Shown: positions 24,550-35,457 of the stretch, piece after piece | How the letters are laid out: each line of letters starts with the position of its first letter | Numbering within the stretch: the stretch's first letter is position 1 | Assembly: GCF_001194135.2 (NCBI RefSeq) | Contig: NC_068985.1 | Span: 37,043,165-37,081,686, forward strand | DNA length: 38,522 nt | Direction: 5' to 3' | From: Octopus bimaculoides | Lineage: Eukaryota | Position numbers and translations under genes: made by a program | Notes under the pieces: generated by a model | The model's database searches: none | What the model saw: only the letters and a program-made list of their open reading frames with translations | Told to the model about the DNA's origin: nothing

Positions 24550-26539
24550 TTAGGGTATGACTGACAGGCTCATAATGATTTCTTAACAGACGTATGGCTT
24601 GTGATATCTAACGAAAAGATACGGTTTCAATACACTCGTGAAGCCATTTTCACTTTATTAACATTACTTATGTCATTCAAAAAGCATAACAAAAATATCA
24701 CATTCTTTTATCCCTAATAAATTGAGTCGTGTGTCCAATCAAAGTATCGATGGTGAATATTTAAAACTAAAAACAATAATGATTTGAATTTTGTGACAGA
24801 TAGGTCCAGTACATCTACAATGAAAAGATTCAATGCTAATAGGGAATACATTTCGCTTTTAAGTTTCAAGTCCTGTTTTACTCTTCCGTCTTTGAATAAA
24901 AATGGTGGATTGCTTTAAGACAGACATTCCATAGATATGTTTAGTTGGATGGATAGCTGGTTGCTTTAATACAATGATATTAGAGATTCTTTCCTTCACA
25001 AGAATGCACTGACAACATTATGATCGAAGCGTGTGTCTCATAAAGTCGTCCAACTCACTAGCCTACAGCTAAGAGGTAATGGGAAACCACTTGTGTATAT
25101 GTATATATATGTATATATGTGTGCGTATGTGCACGCGTGCGTATATATGTGCATGTGTGTGTTCGCGCGCATGTGTATGTGTGTAGTGCACACATATTTT
25201 CACTATATATAAGGGATTGTGTGTATACATTTATATACATGCATATATATATATATATANNNNNNNNNNNNNNNNNNNNNNNNNNNNNNNNNNNNNNNNN
25301 NNNNNNNNNNNNNNNNNNNNNNNNNNNNNNNNNNNNNNNNNNNNNNNNNNNNNNNNNNNNNNNNNNNNNNNNNNNNNNNNNNNNNNNNNNNNNNNNNNNN
25401 NNNNNNNNNNNNNNNNNNNNNNNNNNNNNNNNNNNNNNNNNNNNNNNNNNNNNNNNNNNNNNNNTATGTTTATATGTTTGTTGGGGAGATAATATGAGGG
25501 ATAAGAAAATACAATGTCGAAAGAAATAGAGCAAGGTTTTATTATTTTATTGTCTGACTTTTTTTCTCTTCTCATTTAATGATTTTTTTTGTTTTCTTCT
25601 ATATCATCTAAAAAAAAAAGGGGGGGGGGCTTTTTTCTATTAAGTTTCACAAGGAAATTGGGTGTTTAATCAGGGTGTTCCTTCTACAAAGATATATATG
25701 ACCTGACCAAGTGCCTTCTACTGCCTAGCAGCAAAATAGACTGGGAAAAAAAAAAAAAATGAAATAGACCCATTCACACAATAGCTTAGAAGACGATGGA
25801 AAGAAAGGAGAAGTATAATAATAATTTTGCTTGTCGTCTTGATAAAACTTCTGGTAGCAGAGAGACTAATGGAGCGTTCGTTTATGTAGCTCTATTTTTT
25901 TATTTCTATGTTATATATGTTTATATTTATATGCATTTTAGGGCTTTTTTTTTTGTATGTCATGGACGTAGAAATTACTGAGGCAAAGTAAGGGGAACAG
26001 AAATTACTTGTTAAGCCAGGCGAGAAAAACGGATGTCGGAAAGTGATTGAGATAAAAGAGAGTCGGGAGGAGAAATTTCAGTAACTTCGAAGTAAATTGA
26101 GCCTAGAAGTTAAAATAAAACAAAACGAAACAGAAGAGAATATGTCGATGTATGGGTACGATTTTAGGGTATCTAAAGAGGTAGAAGTAACAAGAATAAA
26201 TAGATGAAAGATTACTTTGGCGTTAAACAAACCAGCCGAAACAAAATGCTTAGGCATTTTGTTTCTTTTTCTGTTAGTTGCCTATTTTTGTTTTGTTTTG
26301 TTTTACGTTTTTCTGGAATAGATTCTTTGTTTTATTATATTTTTCCCGTTTATTATGATATTTGCTTGCTTTTATTTTATGATTTATTTATTTATTTATT
26401 TATTTATTTAGCTTCTTGAGAGAAGTGTTCTTCATTTTCTGAAATAATGTCCAACAACACTCATCATACGGGAACAAAACGCAAATGACACACTATACAT
26501 ACGTACAGATACATACATACAGATTCATACACGCGCGCG

Positions 26540-26551
26540 TGCACACACACA

Positions 26552-26646
<95 letters not shown>
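26540..26646. repeat. (CA)n microsatellite
   Basis: Directly visible. Confidence 0.95.
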
Positions 26647-26648
<2 letters not shown>

Positions 26649-26918
26649 AAATGTATACATATGTTTTGATTATTGCTCTATTATGGTGAGTATTTGCCAC
26701 AATAACTTAAATGACCACCAGCGTCAAAGCTCCTGATATTACTTTTGCTTATAACAATAACAATAACAACAATGATAATAATCATAATCACGCTGATGAT
26801 GATAATGAGGAGGAGGAGGAGGATAACTATGATGAGTATAATGACGATGATGATGATATGATGATAATGATCCGAAAATAGGACGGGTAATTGGAATTTG
26901 AAACGATTCTTGTCACGC

Positions 26919-27052
26919 GAGGCGAGTTGACAGCCTTTACAGTGTCGGGGGGAATATTTTTCGTTATTTGTTTCGATTCCTTGCGGTATGAGGTCGAATT
27001 CCGACGAGATCCTCTTTGGCTTTCATCCTTTTCGACGTCGATAAAAATTAAC
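26919..27052 (+). mobile_element. Degenerate SINE family A head and core
   Basis: GGCGAGTTGACAG..GAGGTCGAATTCCGACGAGATC..TTTCATCCTTTTCGACGTCGATAAAA. Confidence 0.55.
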
Positions 27053-27429
27053 AAAAACGCCATTCTAAGATGGTGGGATTGTAAGAAAGATAGACCGGAT
27101 GCTTTGCAGTATTTGTTCCTGTTCTCTGCCTTTTTTCGTTGGTGACTTAACTCCTTTGACCGATTTAACACAAGCAACTGGCACCATCAGTAATTTTAAC
27201 CGAGTTTGCAGTTGGGTTTAGCTGAGTTATAAGCAGTCTGGTTAGAGGGTATCTTACTGTCTCCCACCAAATTGGGAGAATTTACACAAAGAGATAAAAA
27301 AAGGTATATGAATTAAAATTATAAATAGAGAGACGCAATATTTCATTAACATCATTATAAGCTTACATAGATATAACAAAACAAAATTTGTCAATTCATC
27401 CATTGCTATATGTTTGCATGCATAGGCAC

Positions 27430-28105
27430 ATGTATGTATGTATGTATGTATGTATGTATGTATGTGTGTATGTATGTATGTATGTATGTATGTGTGTATG
27501 TATGTATGTATGTATGTATGTGTGTATGTATGTATGTATGTATGTATGTGTGTATGTATGTATGTATGTATGTATGTGTGTATGTATGTGTGTATGTATG
27601 TATGTGTGTATGTATGTATGTATGTATGTGTGTATGTATNNNNNNNNNNNNNNNNNNNNNNNNNNNNNNNNNNNNNNNNNNNNNNNNNNNNNNNNNNNNN
27701 NNNNNNNNNNNNNNNNNNNNNNNNNNNNNNNNNNNNNNNNNNNNNNNNNNNNNNNNNNNNNNNNNNNNNNNNNNNNNNNNNNNNNNNNNNNNNNNNNNNN
27801 NNNNNNNNNNNNNNNNNNNNNNNNNNNNNNNNNNNNNNNNNNNNNNNNNNNNNNNNNNNNNNNNNNNNNNNNNNNNNNNNNNNNNNNNNNNNNNNNNNNN
27901 NNNNNNNNNNNNNNNNNNNNNNNNNNNNNNNNNNNNNNNNNNNNNNNNNNNNNNNNNNNNNNNNNNNNNNNNNNNNNNNNNNNNNNNNNNNNNNNNNNNN
28001 NNNNNNNNNNNNNNNNNNNNNNNNNNNNNNNNNNNNNNNNNNNNNNNNNNATGTATGTATGTATGTAACTATGGATGTATGTATGTATGTATGTATGTAT
28101 GTGTG

Positions 28106-28136
<31 letters not shown>

Positions 28137-28450
28137 CTATGGATGTATGTATGTATGTGTGTATGTATGTATGTATGTATGTATGTATGTATGTATGTAT
28201 GTGTGTATGTATATATGTATGCATGTATGCATGTATGTATGGCTGCATGTATGTATGTATGTATATATGTATGTATGCATGCCTGTATGTATGCCTGCAT
28301 GTATGTATGTATGTATGCATGTATGTATGTATGCATGTATGTATGTATGTATGTATTATGCATGCATGCAGGTATGTATGTATGTATGTATGTATGTATG
28401 TATGTATGTATTATGCATGCATATATGTATTATGTATGTATGTTTGTATG
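27430..28450. repeat. Long (TATG)n tetranucleotide array, about 1 kb including gap 27640-28050
   Basis: Directly visible, with TGTG, CATG and GTAACTATGG variants. Confidence 0.95.
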
Positions 28451-28680
28451 CATATACTTAAACTAAGGTACAAAGACACTCTGAAAATTAACCTCAAATA
28501 ACCTCGATAAGCATGAGTCAATGGCAAAGTTTAAAGAGGTACGGAATATAACTTTCGACTCCAGTGTTCACATACGAATAATCAATCATATGATACTACC
28601 ATCAAAACGGGCGATCCAACAAATTTGAAAATAATTGCACACACAAGAGAATTGAAGCGCACACCAAAAGAAAGACACAT

Positions 28681-28885
28681 AATATTGATTTCAAATTTTG
28701 ACAGAAAACCAGCAACTTCGGGAGAGGGTGTAAGTCGATTATATCAACACTAGCGTTCAATTGGTACTTATTTTATCGACCCGAAATGACGAAAGGCTAA
28801 GTCGGCCTCAGCGGAATTTGAACCCAGAACGTGAAGATGGACGAAATGCTGCTAAGCATTTTGCCCGACATGTTAACTTTCCTGC
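28681..28885 (-). mobile_element. SINE family A, near full length
   Basis: TTTCAAATTTTG end, GGTACTTATTTTATCGACCCG core, GGAATTTGAACCCAGAAC and CTAAGCATTTTGCCCG. Confidence 0.82.
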
Positions 28886-28889
28886 TACA

Positions 28890-29570
28890 AATAGAAGATT
28901 TGTTTTAGAAAATGCACTAGATCAACCTTAAAGAGTGGAAAATTAAGAACATCAATATCACTCTTGATAAGAAACTTAGATAAGAGATGGCGACCAAACA
29001 CAGACAAGCGTTGAAATCAATGATCTAGAGAGTGTACAACACACCCAAGTGAAAAAGACCAAGAAGAAATATTATAGATGTGTTAAATTGATACTTAAAT
29101 CATAGCTAAATAGAAAAAAAAAGTTAAGTAAAAGGCATAAATAACAATAGCTATCCCAATATATGAAGTAACTTATAACATTCTCAGTTGGATGCTGAAC
29201 GAACTAGCAAGATTAGAAAGGAGAAGAAAAAAAACAGAATCCGCCACCCTAAATCCCATATAGAAAGATTATATTTCTTATGAATACTGAGTAGCAGAGC
29301 CTAAGGCAACTAGAAAACTGTTATAAAATATCTACAGGACTACAAAAATGTCATGGAGAATTACTATAAATATCTACATGACACAACCGAAGGAGAAAAA
29401 TATTTCTATTTTCAACGAAACCATCAACTGCAAAGATAAAGCTCAAATGACAGTTGGTTATGAAGAATATGGAGAAAGCGCAAAAGAAATAGTGAAAAGG
29501 CTAAAATCTAAGCTAAAACTTGGCGACAAAATGCTGAGAAAAATCTATAGTAATAAAAACCTCGACATAA
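28890..29570 (+). mobile_element. R4/Dong-clade LINE relic (RT C-terminal half)
   Basis: Across frameshifts: LEKCTRSTLKSGKL..NITLD, VQHTQVKK..KKYYRCVKLILKS*LN, KA*ITIAIP, NILSWMLNELARLERR, RHPKSHIERLY (29242-29274) and SLRQLENCYKIST. These match R4/Dong motifs such as HHPKADVERLY. It may extend left to about 28480 beyond a SINE insertion. Confidence 0.75.
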
Positions 29571-29573
29571 CCA

Positions 29574-29701
29574 TTTATTGACTCCAAAAGGATGAAAGCC
29601 AAAGTCGACCTCGGTGGAATTTGAACTCAGAACGTTAAGACAGACGAAATACTGCTAAGCATTTCGCCGCCGTGCTAACGTTTCTGCCAGCTCACCACCT
29701 T
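29574..29701 (-). mobile_element. SINE family A head and core
   Basis: GGATGAAAGCCAAAGTCGACCTCGGTGGAATTTGAACTCAGAACG..GCTAACGTTTCTGCCAGCTCACCACCTT. Confidence 0.85.
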
Positions 29702-29767
29702 GCCAAAAGTATGTAATGAATCAGAGTACAGTACTACAAAACTTATGCAGATGAGCAAGAAAAAAAC

Positions 29768-29944
29768 TACCGCATTTAATAGGAAATAAGACGTACTTTT
29801 TCTTTATCCAATGCCTAAAAAATCGGCTTCTTCTTGCTGAGTTGGGCCTATAGTACATGTTTTAGCGCCCTTAAAACTTTTTTCTGAATAAGATTGATGT
29901 GCATCTAATATGCCCAAGAGTTTTCTATGCCATCAAATACAGCA
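29768..29944. mobile_element. Degenerate pogo/Tigger-like MITE
   Basis: The left end TACCGCATTTAATAGGAAATAAGAC and the reverse complement of the right end TGCTGTATTTGATGGCATAGAAAAC match at 16 of 25 nt, and most mismatches are transitions. TACCGTATTT..TAAGAC is a known terminus type. Confidence 0.5.
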
Positions 29945-30060
29945 ACTAAATTGTTTCTGACTGTCCATTCTTAGCCAGAAAGAATATAAGCACATGGACG
30001 ACAGAGATGTGACTTAAAAAAAACAAAAATTAAAAAAAAAAATTATAATAATAATAATAT

Positions 30061-30614
30061 GCCCTGATGCAGTACCAGGCAGTGGCTCTCATGGATTTTG
30101 ATCTTAACTGATTGGAAGTGTTATCAAGTGCATTGTTTTGTCTTGGTATAAAAGATGGGCTACAACAAATATTCTGCTCAATACCACAGATTTGCTTGTC
30201 AGTTGTTTGACCTTACCCAGTTGAGCATGTCCTTTGGTGGCTGATAATATGTGCATCTCTGATCACGAGCAGAAGTAGTTGGGGAGCATCATAGCCATGT
30301 GTTGAGAGGAATTCTTTGGGATTCCGATAATTCATTTCTGGAAACAGTTGTGTTTTGTTCATCATCTTTAAACAAACTTTATTCAGGGACTTTTTGAGCG
30401 AGATGGGCTACTTGATCTGAAAAAAATTCTAACTGGGCCCCACCTGCAAGATCATGCGCTGTTTATCTTGATATGTGAACAGCATGTCACGCACATATTG
30501 TTGTGATGCATGTGCCAGGTGTACCCTTATCAGATGGGTAGTCATGATGGATATAATGGACTTCGTATATTTTACCCCAGTGACACCTTCATGGCATGTG
30601 CTGCTCTCTCACTC
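30061..30614 (+). mobile_element. Interspersed repeat ending in an (AAT)n tail; probably a retroelement 3' portion
   Basis: A block of about 550 bp of complex sequence between (ATA)n at 30044-30058 and a long (AAT)n from 30615. I recognise it as resembling a common octopus repeat; no ORF identifies it. Confidence 0.55.
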
Positions 30615-31075
<461 letters not shown>

Positions 31076-31700
31076 GTAGGTGCTGAATTTTCATGATCCA
31101 AGTCCCGTTCTTGTCATAGAAAATATTTTCTAGAAAAACAAAAACAAAAAAAAACAATAAAGAAAAAAGAAGGCGAAACAAAGCAGGAATTCCATTATTA
31201 AATGTCTCACATAGAGTAAGGCGACGATCCTGTTTGCAAATAGTTTCATTATCTACACCGCGCCGGAGGGAATGTGTTGCATGTTATGTTATTAACAACG
31301 CAGTTATATAAATACATTCCACTGGAAATGATAACGCTTATGACGTTGTTTGCGGTTCAGTGAGAGATCGCAGCCTTGTCAATCTAACTTAACTTTAGGT
31401 TTCAAAGTTTGCACTGTTATCCATAGAATTCTCTTTCAAGCTAACTTTCCAACGTTCTTTGAATGAGAGAGACGTCAGACAGACTGGTTAGACGGCCTGC
31501 TGGTAGGTGGGTCAGTTCATGTTTCCCAATGAACTTCTGACATTTTGTTCTGTCCTTGGCCAATCCAGTTTATTTTATATTACCAACCCAATAAAAAAAG
31601 TGTCCGAGTTGGTCATTCTACATAAGAGACATCACAACCCTTCGTTTTCTTATTGAATATGAGAAAAAAAACAACAACAACATAGGATAATGATGTTCAA

Positions 31701-31870
31701 ATAAGGGTAGACGAACATCGCAAAGTTGTGACACGGGGAGATATTGATAAAACGGGTATAGCTGATCATGTAACACCACTGGAAAATACGAAAACTAAAA
31801 TAATCAACACATATGCTAGGACACAACAACCTCCTAAGCAAACCGGGTGCAGATATGAACATCATTATCT
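31701..31870 (+). mobile_element. Penelope-like element fragment (GIY-YIG endonuclease C-terminal part)
   Basis: IRVDEHRKVVTRGDIDKTGIADHV (RL.EH...S.IA.H motif), followed in a shifted frame by HMLGHNNLLSKPGADMN. Confidence 0.6.
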
Positions 31871-32126
31871 CCTAGAAGGATTCGGTTTTCATAGCTGGAA
31901 TCACTTTCACCAGATCGAACGTTTGCTAGGAAATACCAGCTACGTTTGACTGGTGTCCTATTTAGAAGTTATGGGGGATTTGGCTCCCTGATTGTTTCTA
32001 AAATCCGTTTGTTTTCAACGTTTTATTGCTGTAAGAAAATATTTCGTCTTATCCCACGTAACATATTATTTTTATAGTTGGGCATGAAATATCGAAAAAA
32101 CTAAAATATAAAAAAATAAAAATAGT

Positions 32127-32334
32127 TTATTCTTTTATTCTTTCATTTGTTTCAGTCAATTGACTGCAGCCATGCTGGAGCACCACCTTTAGCCGAACAA
32201 ATCGACCCCAGGACTTATTCTTTGTAAGCCCAGTACTTATTCTATCGATCACTTTGGCCGAACTGCTAAGTTATGGGGACGTAAACACACCAGCATCAGT
32301 TGTCAAGCGATGGCTGGAGGAAAACACTGACACA

Positions 32335-32390
<56 letters not shown>

Positions 32391-32552
32391 CGACGGGCTT
32401 CTTTCAGTTTCCGTCTACCAAATTCACTCACAAGGCTTTGGTCGGCCCGAGTCTATAGGAAATGACACTTGCCCGAGGCGCTACGTAGTGGGACTGAACC
32501 TGGAACCATGTGGTTGTAGGCAAGCTACTTACCACACAGCCACTCCTGCGCC
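32127..32552 (-). mobile_element. SINE family B, full length
   Basis: Collinear with 13507-13986 (shared GCCATGCTGG, GCTAAGTTATGGGGACGTAAACACACCA, CAAGGCTTT..TCGGCCCGAG, GTGGGACTGAACC). It has a tRNA-like head at the right end. Confidence 0.87.
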
Positions 32553-32712
32553 CGCCCATAATTATAAAGTAAAAATTTTCAATAAAATTTGATTTTCCAG
32601 TATGATGTTTCTTTCCATTAGCAATGATAATGTTTTTGTTGTTTGTACGTCAGGTAGAGGGGGATAACTCCATACCATAACGCATTTTTATTTCAATAAA
32701 TTTTAGTGGATT

Positions 32713-32885
32713 GCTATTTCGTCTGTCTTTATGTTCTGAGTTCAAATTCCGCCGAGATCGACTTTGCCTTTCATCCTTTCGGGGTCGATAAATTAATTAC
32801 CATTTGCGTACTGGGGTCGATCTAATCGACAGGGCCCCTCCCCACAAATTTCGGACCCTTGTGCCAGAGTAGAAAAAAAAAATTA
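32713..32885 (+). mobile_element. SINE family A, 5'-truncated, A-tailed
   Basis: GAGTTCAAATTCC B box and core CTTTGCCTTTCATCCTTTCGGGGTCGATAAAT; highly similar to the adjacent copy. Confidence 0.88.
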
Positions 32886-32891
32886 GTGTAT

Positions 32892-33115
32892 AAGCCGGCA
32901 AGGTAAGTAGAAACGTTAGCACGCCGGGCGAAATGCTTAGCGGTATTTCGTCTGCCGTTACGTTCTGTGTTCAAATTCCGCCGAGGTCGACTTTGCCTTT
33001 CATCCTTTCGGGGTCGATAAATTAAGCACCATTTGCGTACTGGGGTCGATCTAATCGACTGGCCCCCTCCCCCAAAATTTCGGGCCTTGGGCCTAGAGTA
33101 GAAAAGAATAAATTT
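32892..33115 (+). mobile_element. SINE family A, full length (best-preserved copy)
   Basis: A-box-like GTAGAAACGTTAG and B-box GTGTTCAAATTCC. The central CTTTCATCCTTTCGGGGTCGATAAATTAAG resembles the Meta-type SINE domain (from recall, unverified). Confidence 0.9.
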
Positions 33116-33125
33116 NNNNNNNNNN

Positions 33126-33180
<55 letters not shown>

Positions 33181-33247
33181 CCATTCTCTCCTTCTCTTCA
33201 TCTCTCTCTTTCTTTCTCTCTCTGTCTCTGTCTTCTAAATTTTTCAT

Positions 33248-33310
33248 CGTCAAAAATGCCATCGCAAAAACAGCCGTGTCAAAACGTTGGCGTCCAGTCG
33301 TCCCATTCCG
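33248..33310. mobile_element. Possible DNA transposon terminus with short subterminal repeats
   Basis: Three degenerate units of about 14 nt (CGTCAAAAATGCCA / TCGCAAAAACAGCCG / TGTCAAAACGTTGG) next to a (CT)n tract. Confidence 0.28.
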
Positions 33311-33568
33311 CCTATTCAGGTTCATAATATTGCTTATAACTATCTCCCACCCACAGAAAGCAGTAGCGTCAATCTAAATCTCTCGTCATCTAACAGCCGA
33401 TTACGCTTGTGTGGAGTTTCGATACTCGGTGCTACCATCGGGGCTTAGTAAACAGTAAGGATTTTTCCAAACCTCTATTATCCGCACGTTGTTAAACTGC
33501 TAAACACAGCAAACAGATATTCTAAAACGGTGCTCCACAGATCACAATTAAAATTTTCATAGATTGTT

Positions 33569-33786
33569 AATATTGGTTTCAAATTTTGAGTCAAGGCTAG
33601 TACATTCGGAGGAGGGCGTTAATCGATTAGATCAACCCCAGTGCTCAACTGGTACTTATTTTATCGACCCCATAATGGATGAAAGGTAAAGTCAACCTCG
33701 GTGGAATTTGAACTCAGAACTCAGACGGTCGAAAGGCCTTAAGCATTTTGTCCGGCTCGCTAACGATTCTACCAGCTCTCCGCCCT
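33569..33786 (-). mobile_element. SINE family A, full length
   Basis: Reverse-complement match to 32892-33115 and 33945-34161. Confidence 0.87.
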
Positions 33787-33800
33787 AAACCTAATCTTTA

Positions 33801-33915
33801 GTATTGTTTTCCAATTTTGGTTCAAGACAAGCAATTTCAGGGGAGAGGATAAGTCGATTACATCGACGCTAGAGCTCAAATGGTACTTATTTTATCAACC
33901 CCAAAAGGATGAAGG
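33801..33915 (-). mobile_element. SINE family A, 3' half
   Basis: Hairpin GTCGATTACATCGAC (33853-33867) and GGTACTTATTTTATCAACCCC..GGATGAAGG. Confidence 0.8.
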
Positions 33916-33944
33916 AACCTACTGTTTAATACAAAAAACCTACA

Positions 33945-34161
33945 TGGCAGCAAGCTGGTGGAGTTTTTAGCACACCGAGCAAAATGTTTAGCGGTATTCC
34001 GTCCGTCTTGTTGTTTTGAGTTCAAATTCCGCCGAGGTCGAATTTGACTTTTATCTTTCGAGTCGTTAAAATAAGTCCCAGCTGAGCAGTGGTGAAAATG
34101 TAATCGACTTTACTCCTCCCCGTAAATTGCTGGCCTTGTACCAAAATTTGAAACCAGTATT
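33945..34161 (+). mobile_element. SINE family A, full length, diverged
   Basis: GGCAGCAAGCTGG head, GAGTTCAAATTCCGCCGAGGTCGA and the 3' end GGCCTTGTACCAAAATTTGAAACCAGTATT. Confidence 0.85.
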
Positions 34162-34479
34162 AAAGAGTAGGTTCTAGAATGCATTTAGCATTTCGATGTT
34201 CGTATAAAGTATAACCTGCCGGATATGAACAATGTAAATGTTCCATAGAGGTGAATAGCCTGTCTGGAGTAAATATTGTGTCGGCAAGAATATTATTGCG
34301 TCAGCTTGATGTTCTTTGATTCAGCTTTGAACACTCCTATAATGAGAGGCTTTACTTCCGTACCCTACCTATCTTAATTTTCGCAAATTTCGTGTCAAAA
34401 AGTACATTAATTGTTTTTTTTCTTTTTCTTTTTTTTTTTCGTTTCTTATAACGATAGGATGGGTTTTCGAAGATTTAGT

Positions 34480-34716
34480 TTGACTTGGAATTGCTAACGA
34501 TTCTTCCAGTAATTGGTGCAGTTGGCATGGCACCCATAATGCTATCTAAAAGACTAAATCAGATTAAAATTGAAACACGCATTTTCGGATTTTAGAAAAG
34601 TTACCATCCTATATTTTGCAAGAATCCCAAGAAAAATTCTTGAGATTTGAAGAGATTTGTTGACACTAAGCCTCAAGATAAAATATCTCCTAATTAAATA
34701 AGCATGCACTAGAGTC
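34480..34716 (+). mobile_element. R4/Dong-clade LINE 3' end (ORF C-terminus plus 3' UTR)
   Basis: TILPVIGAVGMAPIMLSKRLNQIKIETRI, then with a frameshift DFRKVTILYFARIPRKILEI* (stop 34648-34650). This resembles the R4/Dong terminus IVIGALG...LQK.TIL.SARILRKVL. A short UTR and a TAA/TAG-type tail follow. Confidence 0.68.
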
Positions 34717-34770
34717 ATAACAATAATGATAGTAGTAGTGGTAGTAGTAGTAGTAGTAGTAGTAGTAGTA

Positions 34771-34944
34771 ATGGCTTCTGTCAGTTTGATTGGGGAAGTT
34801 CCAGAGGAGTGAGATGTGATCATTTTCAAGCACTGGAGGTGGTTTGTGTTTCCACCAGTTTTTATCACGGGGCAGGTCCAGGTTTTTTGCAAATTACCCG
34901 ATGAATATATTGTGCAGCGCTATCATGCCTGTTGAGATACTGTT
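34771..34944 (-). mobile_element. R4/Dong-clade fragment from the restriction-like endonuclease region
   Basis: The minus strand reads QYLNRHDSAAQYIHRVICK, then with a +1 frameshift NLDLPRDKNWWKHKPPPVLENDHISLLWNFPNQTDR. This matches the RHD..A..IHW and H.P..V.EN...LLWD..IQTD motifs. Confidence 0.8.
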
Positions 34945-34959
34945 ATAATAATAATAATT

Positions 34960-34994
<35 letters not shown>

Positions 34995-35257
34995 GCCTGT
35001 TGAGATACTTTATAATTATAATAATTATTATTATTATTATTATTATTATTACAAACCTGTTCAGCATTTGGTAGGTTGAGGCAAATTACCTGCTACACCT
35101 CCATGTTGCTGGGGTTTGTGCAGCAATGTATGTTCTTTTCTGCTCTTAGATGTGTGCAAGCTTTTCTCGGTAATGTACGGGTGCAGTCTTTTATTGTATA
35201 ACTGCTTTTATTTTGTGTTGAGTGTGCAATGCATTGGGTCTCCAGCTTGCCGGTGGA

Positions 35258-35269
35258 CTACTACTACTA

Positions 35270-35305
<36 letters not shown>

Positions 35306-35311
35306 TTGCTG

Positions 35312-35352
<41 letters not shown>

Positions 35353-35383
35353 GCTACTGCTGCTGCTGCCGCTGCTGGTGCTG

Positions 35384-35439
<56 letters not shown>

Positions 35440-35450
35440 GCTGCTGTTAT
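35258..35450. repeat. Compound (CTA)n/(CTG)n array with higher-order repetition
   Basis: Directly visible. Confidence 0.95.
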
Positions 35451-35457
35451 TATTCTT

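Noticed and set aside
27254-28501. Long ORFs of 226-369 aa (MYVC/HTYI repeats)
   Set aside because: They are translations of the (TATG)n array and an N gap, stop-free in several frames on both strands, with no coding signal.
32892-33000. tRNA-like A/B box sequences as tRNA genes (also 15110-15180, 37739-37810, 13920-13986)
   Set aside because: They run directly into SINE bodies, lack a complete cloverleaf and recur as diverged copies.
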